Shown in pieces: positions 38,780 through 48,120 of a stretch of 64,000 nt of DNA. Below the pieces are notes generated by a model that was not told where the DNA came from, did not search any database, and saw nothing but the letters and a program-made list of their open reading frames with translations. Position numbers and translations under genes: made by a program. Position 1 is the stretch's first letter; each line of letters begins with the position of its first letter. Source of the DNA: a virus; the IMG/VR virus record IMGVR_UViG_3300021364_001752, positions 1 through 64,000 of that record; one strand, written 5' to 3'.

Positions 38780-39804
38780 TGCCACAATGCAAAGCTCTAA
38801 CAAACCAACTTCATATTAATGTAGACGGGGAATATAAGCCCTGTTGTGCCTATAGTGGTGATACAGGTTACAAGGTAGCTAACACCGATCATAAAGATTT
38901 TTTGTCCAGCCCGTTGATGCAAACCATTAAGCAAGAAATGGAACAAGGATGGCATGACGGGTGTCTTGGGTGCAAACACGCAGAAGAAAGTGGACAAATG
39001 AGTGCTCGCAATGCATTTAATATGTGGTGCAAACAGCAACCTGGTGTGTTAGAATATCTTGATATAAGTTTAAGCAATCAATGCAATCTAGCCTGTAGAA
39101 TGTGCAATGAGATAAGCAGTAGTCGTTGGGAAAAATTATTAGACTGTAAAACTGCTCCTAAAAATAATTTAGATAGCATAATAAAAGACCTAGATTTAAA
39201 TCTATTAAATCACATAAAGTATCAAGGCGGCGAGCCTTTTATAACTCCTGAAATAATAGATGTGTTAAAATTAGTTGCTTCGCAAAAAACTTTCTTTACA
39301 TTCAGCACCAACTTGACGCTGTATCCTAAAAAGTATGAAAGCCTACTAATGCAAGCCAAAGGAATATATGCAAACTTTAGTTTGGACGGATACAAGCATG
39401 TAAACAATTATATAAGAAGTTGTGCTTGGGATACTATAGATTCTAATCTAGATCGTTGGCTTAAATTTTTTAAAAAATACAATATCAAAGGTATGCAAAA
39501 TGTTAGCACAGTGGTTCAAGCTCTAAATTTTCACGACCTTCAAAATATAAAAAATTATGTAAACGGAAAAAATATAATTTGGATAGCACAAGAAATAGTA
39601 GATCCTGATTATATGAGTATAAATGCTTTACCTGAATCTTATATAGAGCAAGTTATAGACGATGTAAATTCAAAATTTTTACACTCATACAAATTTGATC
39701 AACAACTTTTTAAAGATTTTAAACAAAACATTTTGGCACAAGATAAGTTGTTAGGCACAACATTGCAAACAGTAAATCCGTTGCTGTATTCTTATTTAGA
39801 ATAA
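38779..39804 (+). CDS. Radical SAM protein with SPASM/twitch-like N-terminal domain
   Basis: CNLACRMC, GGEP, PCC..CxxC. Confidence 0.85.
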   Translation: MPQCKALTNQLHINVDGEYKPCCAYSGDTGYKVANTDHKDFLSSPLMQTIKQEMEQGWHDGCLGCKHAEESGQMSARNAFNMWCKQQPGVLEYLDISLSNQCNLACRMCNEISSSRWEKLLDCKTAPKNNLDSIIKDLDLNLLNHIKYQGGEPFITPEIIDVLKLVASQKTFFTFSTNLTLYPKKYESLLMQAKGIYANFSLDGYKHVNNYIRSCAWDTIDSNLDRWLKFFKKYNIKGMQNVSTVVQALNFHDLQNIKNYVNGKNIIWIAQEIVDPDYMSINALPESYIEQVIDDVNSKFLHSYKFDQQLFKDFKQNILAQDKLLGTTLQTVNPLLYSYLE

Positions 39805-39811
39805 ATACTGT

Positions 39812-40594
39812 ATGCGTTATAAAGAAGTTATACCAGAACAAGATAGAATCGTGTCTGTCGGCGGCGACAAATTGCTATATCATTCAACCAGCTATGCGCA
39901 TGCCGCTGCCATACTAAGCGATGATGGATTCAAGCCCGGAGTATCAGATGGCGGGCAACCTGTAAAAAAGGACAGTTTTATCAGTTTTAGTAGAACACCC
40001 GGAAACACATATGCAGGGTCATCTATGACTGTTACATTTGAAATTGATGAAGAAAAATTACAAAGACATTTGAATAGCCAGGCAAGAAAATTTGACATGG
40101 AGCCGCATAGATTTGCAAGATTTTATCACGGAGAGCGTGAAACAAGATTGAACCTAGGCGGTGCTGACAAAATTACAAACTTAAAAAAATTTGTAAGAGC
40201 AATTCATGTATGGCCTGTCAAAGATATACAAGATGTAGCATCATGGGAAATTGAAGCAGACAAAATGCCTGCTATGGTAGGAGGTTTAGACAGTGATCCT
40301 AATCGTGTTGATCCAGCTGATCCTAATGCTAGAACACCCAAAGGCGAAGCACAATATAGAAAAATAGTTACAGGCCATGCAAAAACAGAAGCAGAACCGT
40401 TGGATGTGATGCTTAAACTTGCAAAACAAAAAGGCATACGCACTCATATCTATTTAGACAGAACAGACTTTTTGTCTAAGCGCATAGACCGTAGTGCAAG
40501 GGTAACAAATAGGCCTGCAATTTTTCCAATTGTTAAGGCATTACTACAGCGCAAATTTGTAAAAGCAGCAAGGTTAATAGGCGGAGATAAATAG
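39812..40594 (+). CDS. Putative ADP-ribosyltransferase-fold virion protein
   Basis: LYHSTS..AILSDDGF, FISFSR, ExE (ERETR). Confidence 0.45.
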   Translation: MRYKEVIPEQDRIVSVGGDKLLYHSTSYAHAAAILSDDGFKPGVSDGGQPVKKDSFISFSRTPGNTYAGSSMTVTFEIDEEKLQRHLNSQARKFDMEPHRFARFYHGERETRLNLGGADKITNLKKFVRAIHVWPVKDIQDVASWEIEADKMPAMVGGLDSDPNRVDPADPNARTPKGEAQYRKIVTGHAKTEAEPLDVMLKLAKQKGIRTHIYLDRTDFLSKRIDRSARVTNRPAIFPIVKALLQRKFVKAARLIGGDK

Positions 40595-40597
40595 TAT

Positions 40598-41695
40598 ATG
40601 CGTTACAATGATTTTAAATTAGTTGAATATGTAGATCCAGAAGAAGCCAAGCGTGAAATCTTGACAAAAGTTCAACAACTAGATGTAAATACAGAAGAAA
40701 ACCAAGCTCTGCTTGACAGAGTTTACAGCATTGTGCATCAGACAGGTGTTACTGATAGACTTATGCCCAGCCTAGAAGGTGCTCTTAAAGACGAGTATAA
40801 CGATGCTGCAATCAAAATGATAGCAGAAAAAATTGTAATAGCAAATAGTTTAAATTTAGCGCAAAAGAAAAAATTCTTACAAAACTTAGAAAATAACAAG
40901 TGTGTAAATCACAAGTTATTTCTTCAAAATGGCCATTTCAATTTAGACGAATTGTTCTACAACGACCCTATTAACAAACAGATGTTTTTAGAATTTATAA
41001 ACTTTGGTGCTGGCCAAAAACGTGCAGGTAAAGGTGAACATGCATTTGCTATTCTAAGTCAGAATATTACACAAAAAGGCTTAGGCGATCTTGATGTTGA
41101 TGGTGCACCAGTTGAGTTAAAAGTTGCAACTACAAAAGGTAGCGGTAGACTAGGCGAAGGCGGAGTTAACCCAGAAAAAGCAAGACAAATAATTGCACAA
41201 TTTGAAGAACTAACGGATGCACTAAATGGATACTCCAAAGGTGGACACCAAGGTGATAGTGAATTTATTAAAAGTCGCGGCACTCCAGACAAACCACAAA
41301 AAAGTGTAAACCTAGTAGACTTTACTCGTATATGTAATGCATTGAGATTAGACGAGCAGCGCAGACAAGCCATAGGCAAAGCAGTATTCAATGATAGGTT
41401 TGGAAAGTTTGGCGATACTATTACAGCAGTATTCCAAAAACCTGGTGCAGCACCAACAGCAGTGCTTGATGCTTATATTGAAGCAAACTTTGAATTCTAC
41501 AAAGCAAGTGAAGGTGGCGGCGCATGGCAAACATTAACTAGTATTGCATTAGGATCAAACAGTGGTGTGACAGCTGATACTGGCAAAGCATTAGCTCAAC
41601 TTTTTGCAGATGGCGCTCTTGCTAGCAGTATTCCTGCTGTAATTCCTACACAAGATCCTGAAGTTTTCTATCAAGTTAACCCAGCCGTAAAGTAA
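40598..41695 (+). CDS. Putative virion protein with PD-(D/E)xK-like motif
   Basis: GKGE..GDLDVDG..VELK..GRL; MRYNDFKLVE N-terminus. Confidence 0.45.
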   Translation: MRYNDFKLVEYVDPEEAKREILTKVQQLDVNTEENQALLDRVYSIVHQTGVTDRLMPSLEGALKDEYNDAAIKMIAEKIVIANSLNLAQKKKFLQNLENNKCVNHKLFLQNGHFNLDELFYNDPINKQMFLEFINFGAGQKRAGKGEHAFAILSQNITQKGLGDLDVDGAPVELKVATTKGSGRLGEGGVNPEKARQIIAQFEELTDALNGYSKGGHQGDSEFIKSRGTPDKPQKSVNLVDFTRICNALRLDEQRRQAIGKAVFNDRFGKFGDTITAVFQKPGAAPTAVLDAYIEANFEFYKASEGGGAWQTLTSIALGSNSGVTADTGKALAQLFADGALASSIPAVIPTQDPEVFYQVNPAVK

Positions 41696-41742
41696 GCAGT
41701 TATAAAAGAACTGTTTCGATAAATATACATGGAGGGCCATGT

Positions 41743-42225
41743 ATGAAAAGAATAGCGAACATCGCCATGTTGCTGCCTATGTTTGTGTCACTGTCAGTGT
41801 CACATGCAGGAGCAGATCTAGTTCATCAGTTTAAAAATCCCAGTTTTAGTGGTATTGGGTATAGCACCCATGTTTTGAGTTTAGAACAATTACAATTTAA
41901 CAGAACAGAGGACATTGCAAAGGCAGCTGAAGCAGAAGAGCGTAGGCTAGAGCGCGAGCTAGAAAATTCAACATTAAACAAATTTATTAAAAATGTAGAG
42001 TCTCGCATATATGCAACATTGAGCAAGCAAATGGTAGACGCTATGTTTGAATCATGCACTGATGACACTGGGCTTACCTGTCCTACAAGCGGAACTACTG
42101 AAATTGAGGATAGCACCATTACTTGGAGCAAAGATACAACCACAGGAGAAATTACAATTGTTGTTGATGGTCCTGACGGTTATACTGAAATCAGCATACC
42201 GGGATCAGGGGAGTTTGCCTTTTGA
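41743..42225 (+). CDS. csgF: Curli assembly protein CsgF-like
   Basis: Signal peptide then DLVHQFKNPSFSG; F..NVESRI..LS; TEISIP. Confidence 0.85.
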   Translation: MKRIANIAMLLPMFVSLSVSHAGADLVHQFKNPSFSGIGYSTHVLSLEQLQFNRTEDIAKAAEAEERRLERELENSTLNKFIKNVESRIYATLSKQMVDAMFESCTDDTGLTCPTSGTTEIEDSTITWSKDTTTGEITIVVDGPDGYTEISIPGSGEFAF

Positions 42226-43001
42226 AGTATTTAATGATACTTGGAATTTTATTTTTAACAGGTTGCACGGTGCCACAAAGCGTTCAAGAAGCAATGGATA
42301 GCGAACCTGAAGTCCAAGTAAATCCTATGCAAGCTGAGTTGAGAGCACTACCTGGACCAGATGGCGATCCAGTGCCAATAGGTGTTTACAGTTTTTCAGA
42401 CAAAACTGGACAGCGTAAGCCTGCTGACAGTGTAGCAAATCTAAGTTCAGCTGTTACACAAGGCGCAGAAGTATGGCTTATTGATGCACTACTGGAGGCA
42501 GGCGAAGGCGAATGGTTTAATGTTGTCGAGCGTGTTAGTTTAGACAACATTATAAGAGAAAGACAACTTATACGAAGCACAAGGGAAAATTATGATGATC
42601 CAAGTCCTTTAGAGCCAATGCTCTTCGCAGGAGTGGTTTTAGAAGGCGGAATTATAGGATATGACAGCAACCAGACCACAGGAGGGTATGGTGCAAGATA
42701 TTTTGGAATAGGCGCTGCTACTGAATACAGAGTAGATACTGTGACAGTTGGCATGCGTTTAGTGAGCGTTGGCACTGGAAGAGTGTTAATGAGCGTGGCA
42801 GCAGAGAAGACTATAGCTAGCCATAGGAGTGGGGCAGATGTTTTTAAGTTCTTAGACATGAGCACCAAGGCACTGGAAATAGAGAGCGGATACAGTGTCA
42901 ATGAGCCTACCAATTATGCTGTGAGGGCAGCAATAGAGGCAGGAGTAATAGAACTAATTTATGAAGGAAATCGAAAAGGTTTTTGGACATTTAAACAATG
43001 A
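42222..43001 (+). CDS. csgG: Curli secretion channel CsgG (lipoprotein)
   Basis: LTGC lipobox; VYSFSDKTGQRKP, SSAVTQGA, WF.VVER..L, EGGIIGYD, NEP..AVR.AIE. Confidence 0.95.
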   Translation: MKYLMILGILFLTGCTVPQSVQEAMDSEPEVQVNPMQAELRALPGPDGDPVPIGVYSFSDKTGQRKPADSVANLSSAVTQGAEVWLIDALLEAGEGEWFNVVERVSLDNIIRERQLIRSTRENYDDPSPLEPMLFAGVVLEGGIIGYDSNQTTGGYGARYFGIGAATEYRVDTVTVGMRLVSVGTGRVLMSVAAEKTIASHRSGADVFKFLDMSTKALEIESGYSVNEPTNYAVRAAIEAGVIELIYEGNRKGFWTFKQ

Positions 43002-43013
43002 GGGCAACGATAA

Positions 43014-43721
43014 ATGAAAAAAATAATATATGCCGCCTTATTTGGTCTTATTAGTTCGGTTGCATTAGCAAATGAAATTTATATCAGTCAAATAGGTGAC
43101 ACATTAGACTTAGACATTACCCAAAGCGGTGATAACAACAAAATAGGAACCAGTTTAGCCGATATGGTTATTCAAGGTGACGACATGACATTCAGTATTA
43201 CACAAACTGGAGATAGCAATACGATTGATGCAACTATAAAAGGAGCCAATTATACAGGCACATGGGATTTTACAGGAAGCAATAACGATGTTGATCTTTT
43301 ATGTAGTTCAACTACCGCAGGCAATTGTGATACTGTAACCCTTAACATAGATACCACTGGCGGATACAACAATTTCACATTTGCTATTGGCGAAACCGCT
43401 TCGGCTGACAGCAGTATTATTAACTTTACTGTGACAGGGGATAGTCAAGTATTTGATGTTACTGTAGATGGCGAAGCAATTGATGTAACAGTTGTAATTG
43501 ATGATGGCACAAGCGGTCTTACAAACACAGCGGGCAACACTAACAATTTAACAATTGATACAAGTGGCAATGGCGGAACCAACGGTAACACAGTTGACTT
43601 GAACATTACAGGTTCGGGTGGGACATACAACGTTACACAAACAGGAACGCTAATTGATCAGACCATTGATGCAACATTCAGTGGCGATGACGCAACAGTT
43701 GATATCACACAGAGCGACTGA
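43014..43721 (+). CDS. Curlin-like secreted beta-solenoid protein 1
   Basis: Signal peptide ALA/NEIYISQ; repeated I-T-Q-x-G-D-x-N beta-arc motifs. Confidence 0.75.
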   Translation: MKKIIYAALFGLISSVALANEIYISQIGDTLDLDITQSGDNNKIGTSLADMVIQGDDMTFSITQTGDSNTIDATIKGANYTGTWDFTGSNNDVDLLCSSTTAGNCDTVTLNIDTTGGYNNFTFAIGETASADSSIINFTVTGDSQVFDVTVDGEAIDVTVVIDDGTSGLTNTAGNTNNLTIDTSGNGGTNGNTVDLNITGSGGTYNVTQTGTLIDQTIDATFSGDDATVDITQSD

Positions 43722-44812
43722 TGTGGAGATTGTTATTTGTGCTGCTGTTTTTTGCCAGCAGTGCTATAGCTCAAATAGGCGAAATCGCTGACATAGAAGG
43801 CAGCGGCATTGTTAAGCGTGACAGTGAAAAGATAAAAGGTGAACTGGGCATTGGTGTTCAAATGGCCGACAAAATTATTACGGCCAAAGGACGTATGCAA
43901 TTACACTTCTCTGACGAAACTCGTGTAGACGTAACTGAGCATAGTGCAATGGTGATCGATGAGTTTATATATGATCCTGCACAAGGCACAGGTGCATTAA
44001 AAATGCGAGCTACATTGGGTGCAGTAAGATATGCCAGCGGACAGATAGCCAAAACCAGCAGACAAAGAGTTAGTATCAGAACACCTAGTGCAACTATCGG
44101 TGTTCGCGGCACAGACTTTATAATGATTGTTGATGAAATAGGCGGCAGCATGGTTACCCTCTTACCTAGCTGTGATGACAGAGGCTTTTGTATGGTTGGT
44201 GAAATTACTGTAGAGAGCGATGCAGGTATTGTAATAATGAATCAAGCCTATCAAACAACAATAGTTAAACACAGTGCTGCTCCTCCTGCGCCACCTAAGA
44301 TATTAGACTTACCAGACGATCTTTTACGTGCAATGTTGATAGTAAGAAAGACTTCTCCTTACGATGAAATTAATGAAGAGGCTGTAGCTGCAACAGATAT
44401 TTTAAAATTTGATTTTCTAGCATTTGATGGTTTAGATGAGGATTTACTTAATGCAGATGAGCTATGGGTAACTGATTTAGACAATGAATCTTATTTAAAC
44501 CAAATGTTTGTAGATCAGTTAACCCAGGCACTGAAAGAATTGTTCGCATTACTTACAAGTCTATTGGATTTACAAGCAGAAGAATTTATGCGTATACAAG
44601 TATTTGGATACGATCCCGAAACTGGTATAACCTTAGAAGACCAGCCACCAAATTATGTATTCACACGAACAGAAAATACACACCATGTGAGATTAACATT
44701 GAATGAAAATTATGGTTATAATATTGATTTAATTCAAAACGATTTTTCAATATTTGATTACAGTATAGGAGTAGGAGCAAATGACATTTACATCAATCAG
44801 CAAGAAAATTAA
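43721..44812 (+). CDS. Exported FecR-domain protein with acidic linker and curlin-like C-terminus
   Basis: Signal peptide; F.DET....EHS...IDEFIYDP, IRTPSATIGVRGTDF; ends GANDIYINQQEN. Confidence 0.85.
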   Translation: MWRLLFVLLFFASSAIAQIGEIADIEGSGIVKRDSEKIKGELGIGVQMADKIITAKGRMQLHFSDETRVDVTEHSAMVIDEFIYDPAQGTGALKMRATLGAVRYASGQIAKTSRQRVSIRTPSATIGVRGTDFIMIVDEIGGSMVTLLPSCDDRGFCMVGEITVESDAGIVIMNQAYQTTIVKHSAAPPAPPKILDLPDDLLRAMLIVRKTSPYDEINEEAVAATDILKFDFLAFDGLDEDLLNADELWVTDLDNESYLNQMFVDQLTQALKELFALLTSLLDLQAEEFMRIQVFGYDPETGITLEDQPPNYVFTRTENTHHVRLTLNENYGYNIDLIQNDFSIFDYSIGVGANDIYINQQEN

Positions 44813-45473
44813 ATTGCTGGTATTATTTGCAGCATTTCCTGCCCATGCTAACGAAATTTATATTACGCAAACCGGTGATAGCCTTGCCTTGCGTGTTGAG
44901 CAGCGAAGTGCAGACAATTATGTCAATCTAAGCAGCACTGGTAATACAAACGACATAAGCATTACACAAGGCATGCATTACGATGGCTCTACATATTGGG
45001 TAGACACAGACGAGACTGGTGGACACGAAGCATACTGGACCATTACTGGTGCAAACAATACCGTGTGGAGTAGTCAAACAGATGTCAACAGAGGTGGTGG
45101 TGGAGGATCTCCGCACCATTTGGCAAACATAGTAAATGGAGATTACAATACAATTGCACATACACAAATGGGAAAAGCAGGACACGATGGCTTTGTAGAA
45201 ATACAAGGTGACAACAATGATGTTACACTTTATCAGAGAGGTAATGGTGGTGCAAAGTGGGCAGATGTTGTGCTCAACGGTGATGGACATAGTGTAGACG
45301 TTAACCAAAGAGGAAGCCAAAGTGCTAATGCTACTGTAGATTTAACCAATAGTGGCGGTGCATATGATTTTATACTCACACAGAATGTTACTACTAGTGC
45401 TGATACATATAGTATAACTGGCATTTGCACAAACAGTGCAGGTTGCGCATTGTCTGTTGATCGCAACAACTAA
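44781..45473 (+). CDS. Curlin-like secreted beta-solenoid protein 2
   Basis: AHA/NEIYITQ; QGDNNDVTLYQRG, NGDGHSVDVNQRG; C-terminal Cys pair. Confidence 0.75.
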   Translation: MTFTSISKKIKLLVLFAAFPAHANEIYITQTGDSLALRVEQRSADNYVNLSSTGNTNDISITQGMHYDGSTYWVDTDETGGHEAYWTITGANNTVWSSQTDVNRGGGGGSPHHLANIVNGDYNTIAHTQMGKAGHDGFVEIQGDNNDVTLYQRGNGGAKWADVVLNGDGHSVDVNQRGSQSANATVDLTNSGGAYDFILTQNVTTSADTYSITGICTNSAGCALSVDRNN

Positions 45474-45492
45474 ATATATGTGAGGGCATACA

Positions 45493-45633
45493 ATGGGCGA
45501 AAGTATCATAGCATTCTTTGTAGCAGGATTTTTCACCGCATTTGGCTGGTGGGCTGCCGGCAAGGTTACCACACAGATTGACTCTCACATAGAGGAGCAG
45601 CACAATGGATCTAATTTGGGCACTGGCGATTAG
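45493..45633 (+). CDS. 46-aa single-TM peptide (not in ORF track)
   Basis: MGESIIAFFVAGFFTAFGWWAAGKV..; CTAAATA promoter and GAGG SD. Confidence 0.55.
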   Translation: MGESIIAFFVAGFFTAFGWWAAGKVTTQIDSHIEEQHNGSNLGTGD

Positions 45634-45952
45634 CACACATCTAGGAATGGAAGGCGATTACAACAGCATTCATCCACACGTAAGGATAGAAGATGGAGGA
45701 GCAATAGCAGGAGCCTATTACAACAGCATGGACCGCATAAGTTTATATGCGGGGCACAGATTAGAATCGGGTAACGCAGGCTTAGAGTTTGCGTTGGTCA
45801 CAGGATACGATGAATGGATGCCCGTAGCACCATACATTAGAGGCACATATGACTTAGGCAATGTTAGAGCGTTTGCATCACCAACAGGGGAAGTATGGAA
45901 CGGCGAAACCAATATAGGCGTGGTTTTTGGAATTGAATACACGTTTAAATAG
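45605..45952 (+). CDS. Small outer-membrane beta-barrel-like protein
   Basis: Alternating beta-strands, GAYYNS..S.YAG, LVTGY, C-terminal GIEYTFK; no clear signal peptide. Confidence 0.5.
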   Translation: MDLIWALAISTHLGMEGDYNSIHPHVRIEDGGAIAGAYYNSMDRISLYAGHRLESGNAGLEFALVTGYDEWMPVAPYIRGTYDLGNVRAFASPTGEVWNGETNIGVVFGIEYTFK

Positions 45953-46018
45953 TATGTGGACCGCGGCGTGAGGGCGCAACCGGCATAACAAGAAGTCTTC
46001 AATCAAGGAGAACATTAA

Positions 46019-47518
46019 ATGAGGGCAATCAAAAATACGTTAGGCGGAGCCATTGTCGCCTCTTTATTATCAACAACAGCAATGGCACACACAAATTCAG
46101 TTGGTTATGTTGGTGACGGTAACGGAAACATTACTGTATGGTATGGTTCATGGCACGACGGCACAACATTTAACGAAGCAGAACTAAAAGTATTAGATTC
46201 TAATGATGCTAAAATTACACAAACACAGTTTAACTTACTGTCGCAGGATTCACCAGCAGGACTTATCTCAGGTGTAAACTACTTTGGTAGTGATGGTATA
46301 CAGTTGATTGATTATGATGTAAACACGGGTGGTGGCGAGTCATACACTTGGCAAGGTGCAACATTTACACTGGCACCAGGTGACTACACATTTGTATACA
46401 TTCCATTACAGGATGCAGAAAGCACACTATGTCCGGCTGGCACATCAGGATGCGGTCCAACACAAGACTGGGTTCCAATGGACGAAATTATTCGCAGTTT
46501 AAGTATTACACTTACACAAAATGATATCGATGGTGATGCTAACGCAAACGGAATCCTTGATACAACTGAAGTTGCTGTAGGTGATGCGGCGGCCGCGGCA
46601 AGTGGTCCAACAGTAGTAAGCCAGGGTTCAAGCACAGTAATTGGATATGTTGCGGCAAGCGGCGGCGTTATACAGATTGTTCAAAGAACAAGCACAACAA
46701 CTATGTGGAATAATATGAGTGACGGATCTATAGATGGACTACACACAATGGCTCCTGTTACACTCGATCCGTTCGAAGGACGCATTGATCAGGTGGATCA
46801 AATGTTAAATTTAAATTTACATAGAAGCACACCTATTGCAGATGGTATTCAAAGCGGACGTATCAGTCACGAAATGGGCGACGGATATGACGCAGATACA
46901 AGAACCTATAGTTTAGGACACACTGTATTCACAGAAGAAGGTATGAGTATACAAGGTGGAATAACAAAAGGATCAACTACCTTTACAGGAAGCGATAGCA
47001 CAGGATCAATGGAATCTATGATGTTGCAAGGAAGAGTAGGTAAAGCCTTAGATGATAGAGATATTACAATAGGCGTAGGTGCGCATGTGCATAACAGCGA
47101 TATTGAATATTCTAGAACAATAGGAGATTTCAGTGCTGCTGGTTCAACCAGTGCAAGTGACATCGGAGCTAACATTACTTTTGAAAAATCAACTGGTAAC
47201 GTTCGTCCTTTTGTAGGATATACAATTGGAAAGCAGTCAACAGATGCTTATGATGAGACAGGAGATGCACAAGTAGCTCTATCACGTGATGCAGCAGAAG
47301 AGACTTACAACTTTGCAACAATTGGTATCAACATTGATGCAGGAATGTTTACAGCAAATTTTGCTAGAGATTTCGACGATGTAGGAACTACCAGAATAGG
47401 GCTGGGCATTGATAAGCACATAAATGATAGAATATCTATAGGTGCAAGTGCTAATCGTTCTATGAGTGGTGACAACACAAGCACATACCTAAGTGCAGGA
47501 TTTAAAATTAAATTTTAA
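46019..47518 (+). CDS. Autotransporter-like protein (passenger plus C-terminal beta-barrel)
   Basis: Signal peptide, DxDxDxN loop, RPFVGYT, terminal AGFKIKF. Confidence 0.7.
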   Translation: MRAIKNTLGGAIVASLLSTTAMAHTNSVGYVGDGNGNITVWYGSWHDGTTFNEAELKVLDSNDAKITQTQFNLLSQDSPAGLISGVNYFGSDGIQLIDYDVNTGGGESYTWQGATFTLAPGDYTFVYIPLQDAESTLCPAGTSGCGPTQDWVPMDEIIRSLSITLTQNDIDGDANANGILDTTEVAVGDAAAAASGPTVVSQGSSTVIGYVAASGGVIQIVQRTSTTTMWNNMSDGSIDGLHTMAPVTLDPFEGRIDQVDQMLNLNLHRSTPIADGIQSGRISHEMGDGYDADTRTYSLGHTVFTEEGMSIQGGITKGSTTFTGSDSTGSMESMMLQGRVGKALDDRDITIGVGAHVHNSDIEYSRTIGDFSAAGSTSASDIGANITFEKSTGNVRPFVGYTIGKQSTDAYDETGDAQVALSRDAAEETYNFATIGINIDAGMFTANFARDFDDVGTTRIGLGIDKHINDRISIGASANRSMSGDNTSTYLSAGFKIKF

Positions 47519-47564
47519 GTGATAGTTTTATTGCCCTCATTGGATAAATACCTTTGAGGGCAAT

Positions 47565-47960
47565 ATGAGAATAATAATTTTATTATGTATACTGGCGGGA
47601 CCAGTATGGGCTGACTCCAATCACGATAGCAAACTCTGCTTGGAGCGGTATGGGTATTCTGTAGAAAATTTTGATAGGTTTGACTGGAACAAAGCAGCAG
47701 CATGTGCAAGTAAACTAAGACAAAAACAAAATGCAGAAGAATTAGCAGAACTAAGAGACTTTCTCAAACATAATCCAAGATACAGAGTGCCAGGACAGAG
47801 TTTAAATCGTTGCTGGGGCAAGCCACGTGAAATGCCGTTTGAAAGTGTAACAGCAAGTGCCAGTGCAGATGGCAGTTGGCATGTGGGTGTAAATTATAAA
47901 GATAAACTGCCAGCAGGATGCTATGAAAATGCTCCGTGGGATAATAGGGACTCAAAATAA
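47565..47960 (+). CDS. Exported Cys-containing hypothetical protein
   Basis: Signal peptide VWA/D, four Cys in the mature part. Confidence 0.65.
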   Translation: MRIIILLCILAGPVWADSNHDSKLCLERYGYSVENFDRFDWNKAAACASKLRQKQNAEELAELRDFLKHNPRYRVPGQSLNRCWGKPREMPFESVTASASADGSWHVGVNYKDKLPAGCYENAPWDNRDSK

Positions 47961-48118
47961 TGTGGAAAACATCATTAGCAATACTTTTAATCATACTAGG
48001 CGTAACTTGGTGGAGGTATGGAGAGCAAAGTCAAACATATTGGCAGAACGTAGGACCTTCTTGGGACAAGATGTTAAACCCGAATAAATACACGGAGCAA
48101 CACAATGAAGGACAATAA
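47960..48118 (+). CDS. 52-aa single-TM peptide (not in ORF track)
   Basis: TAATG coupling; MWKTSLAILLIILGVTWWRYG.. Confidence 0.55.
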   Translation: MWKTSLAILLIILGVTWWRYGEQSQTYWQNVGPSWDKMLNPNKYTEQHNEGQ

Positions 48119-48120
48119 TA

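Noticed and set aside
45479-45494. CRP/Clr site suggested by TGTGA half-sites in the curli locus
   Set aside because: No TCACA second half at N6; the conserved element is strand-specific GAGGGC with local stems
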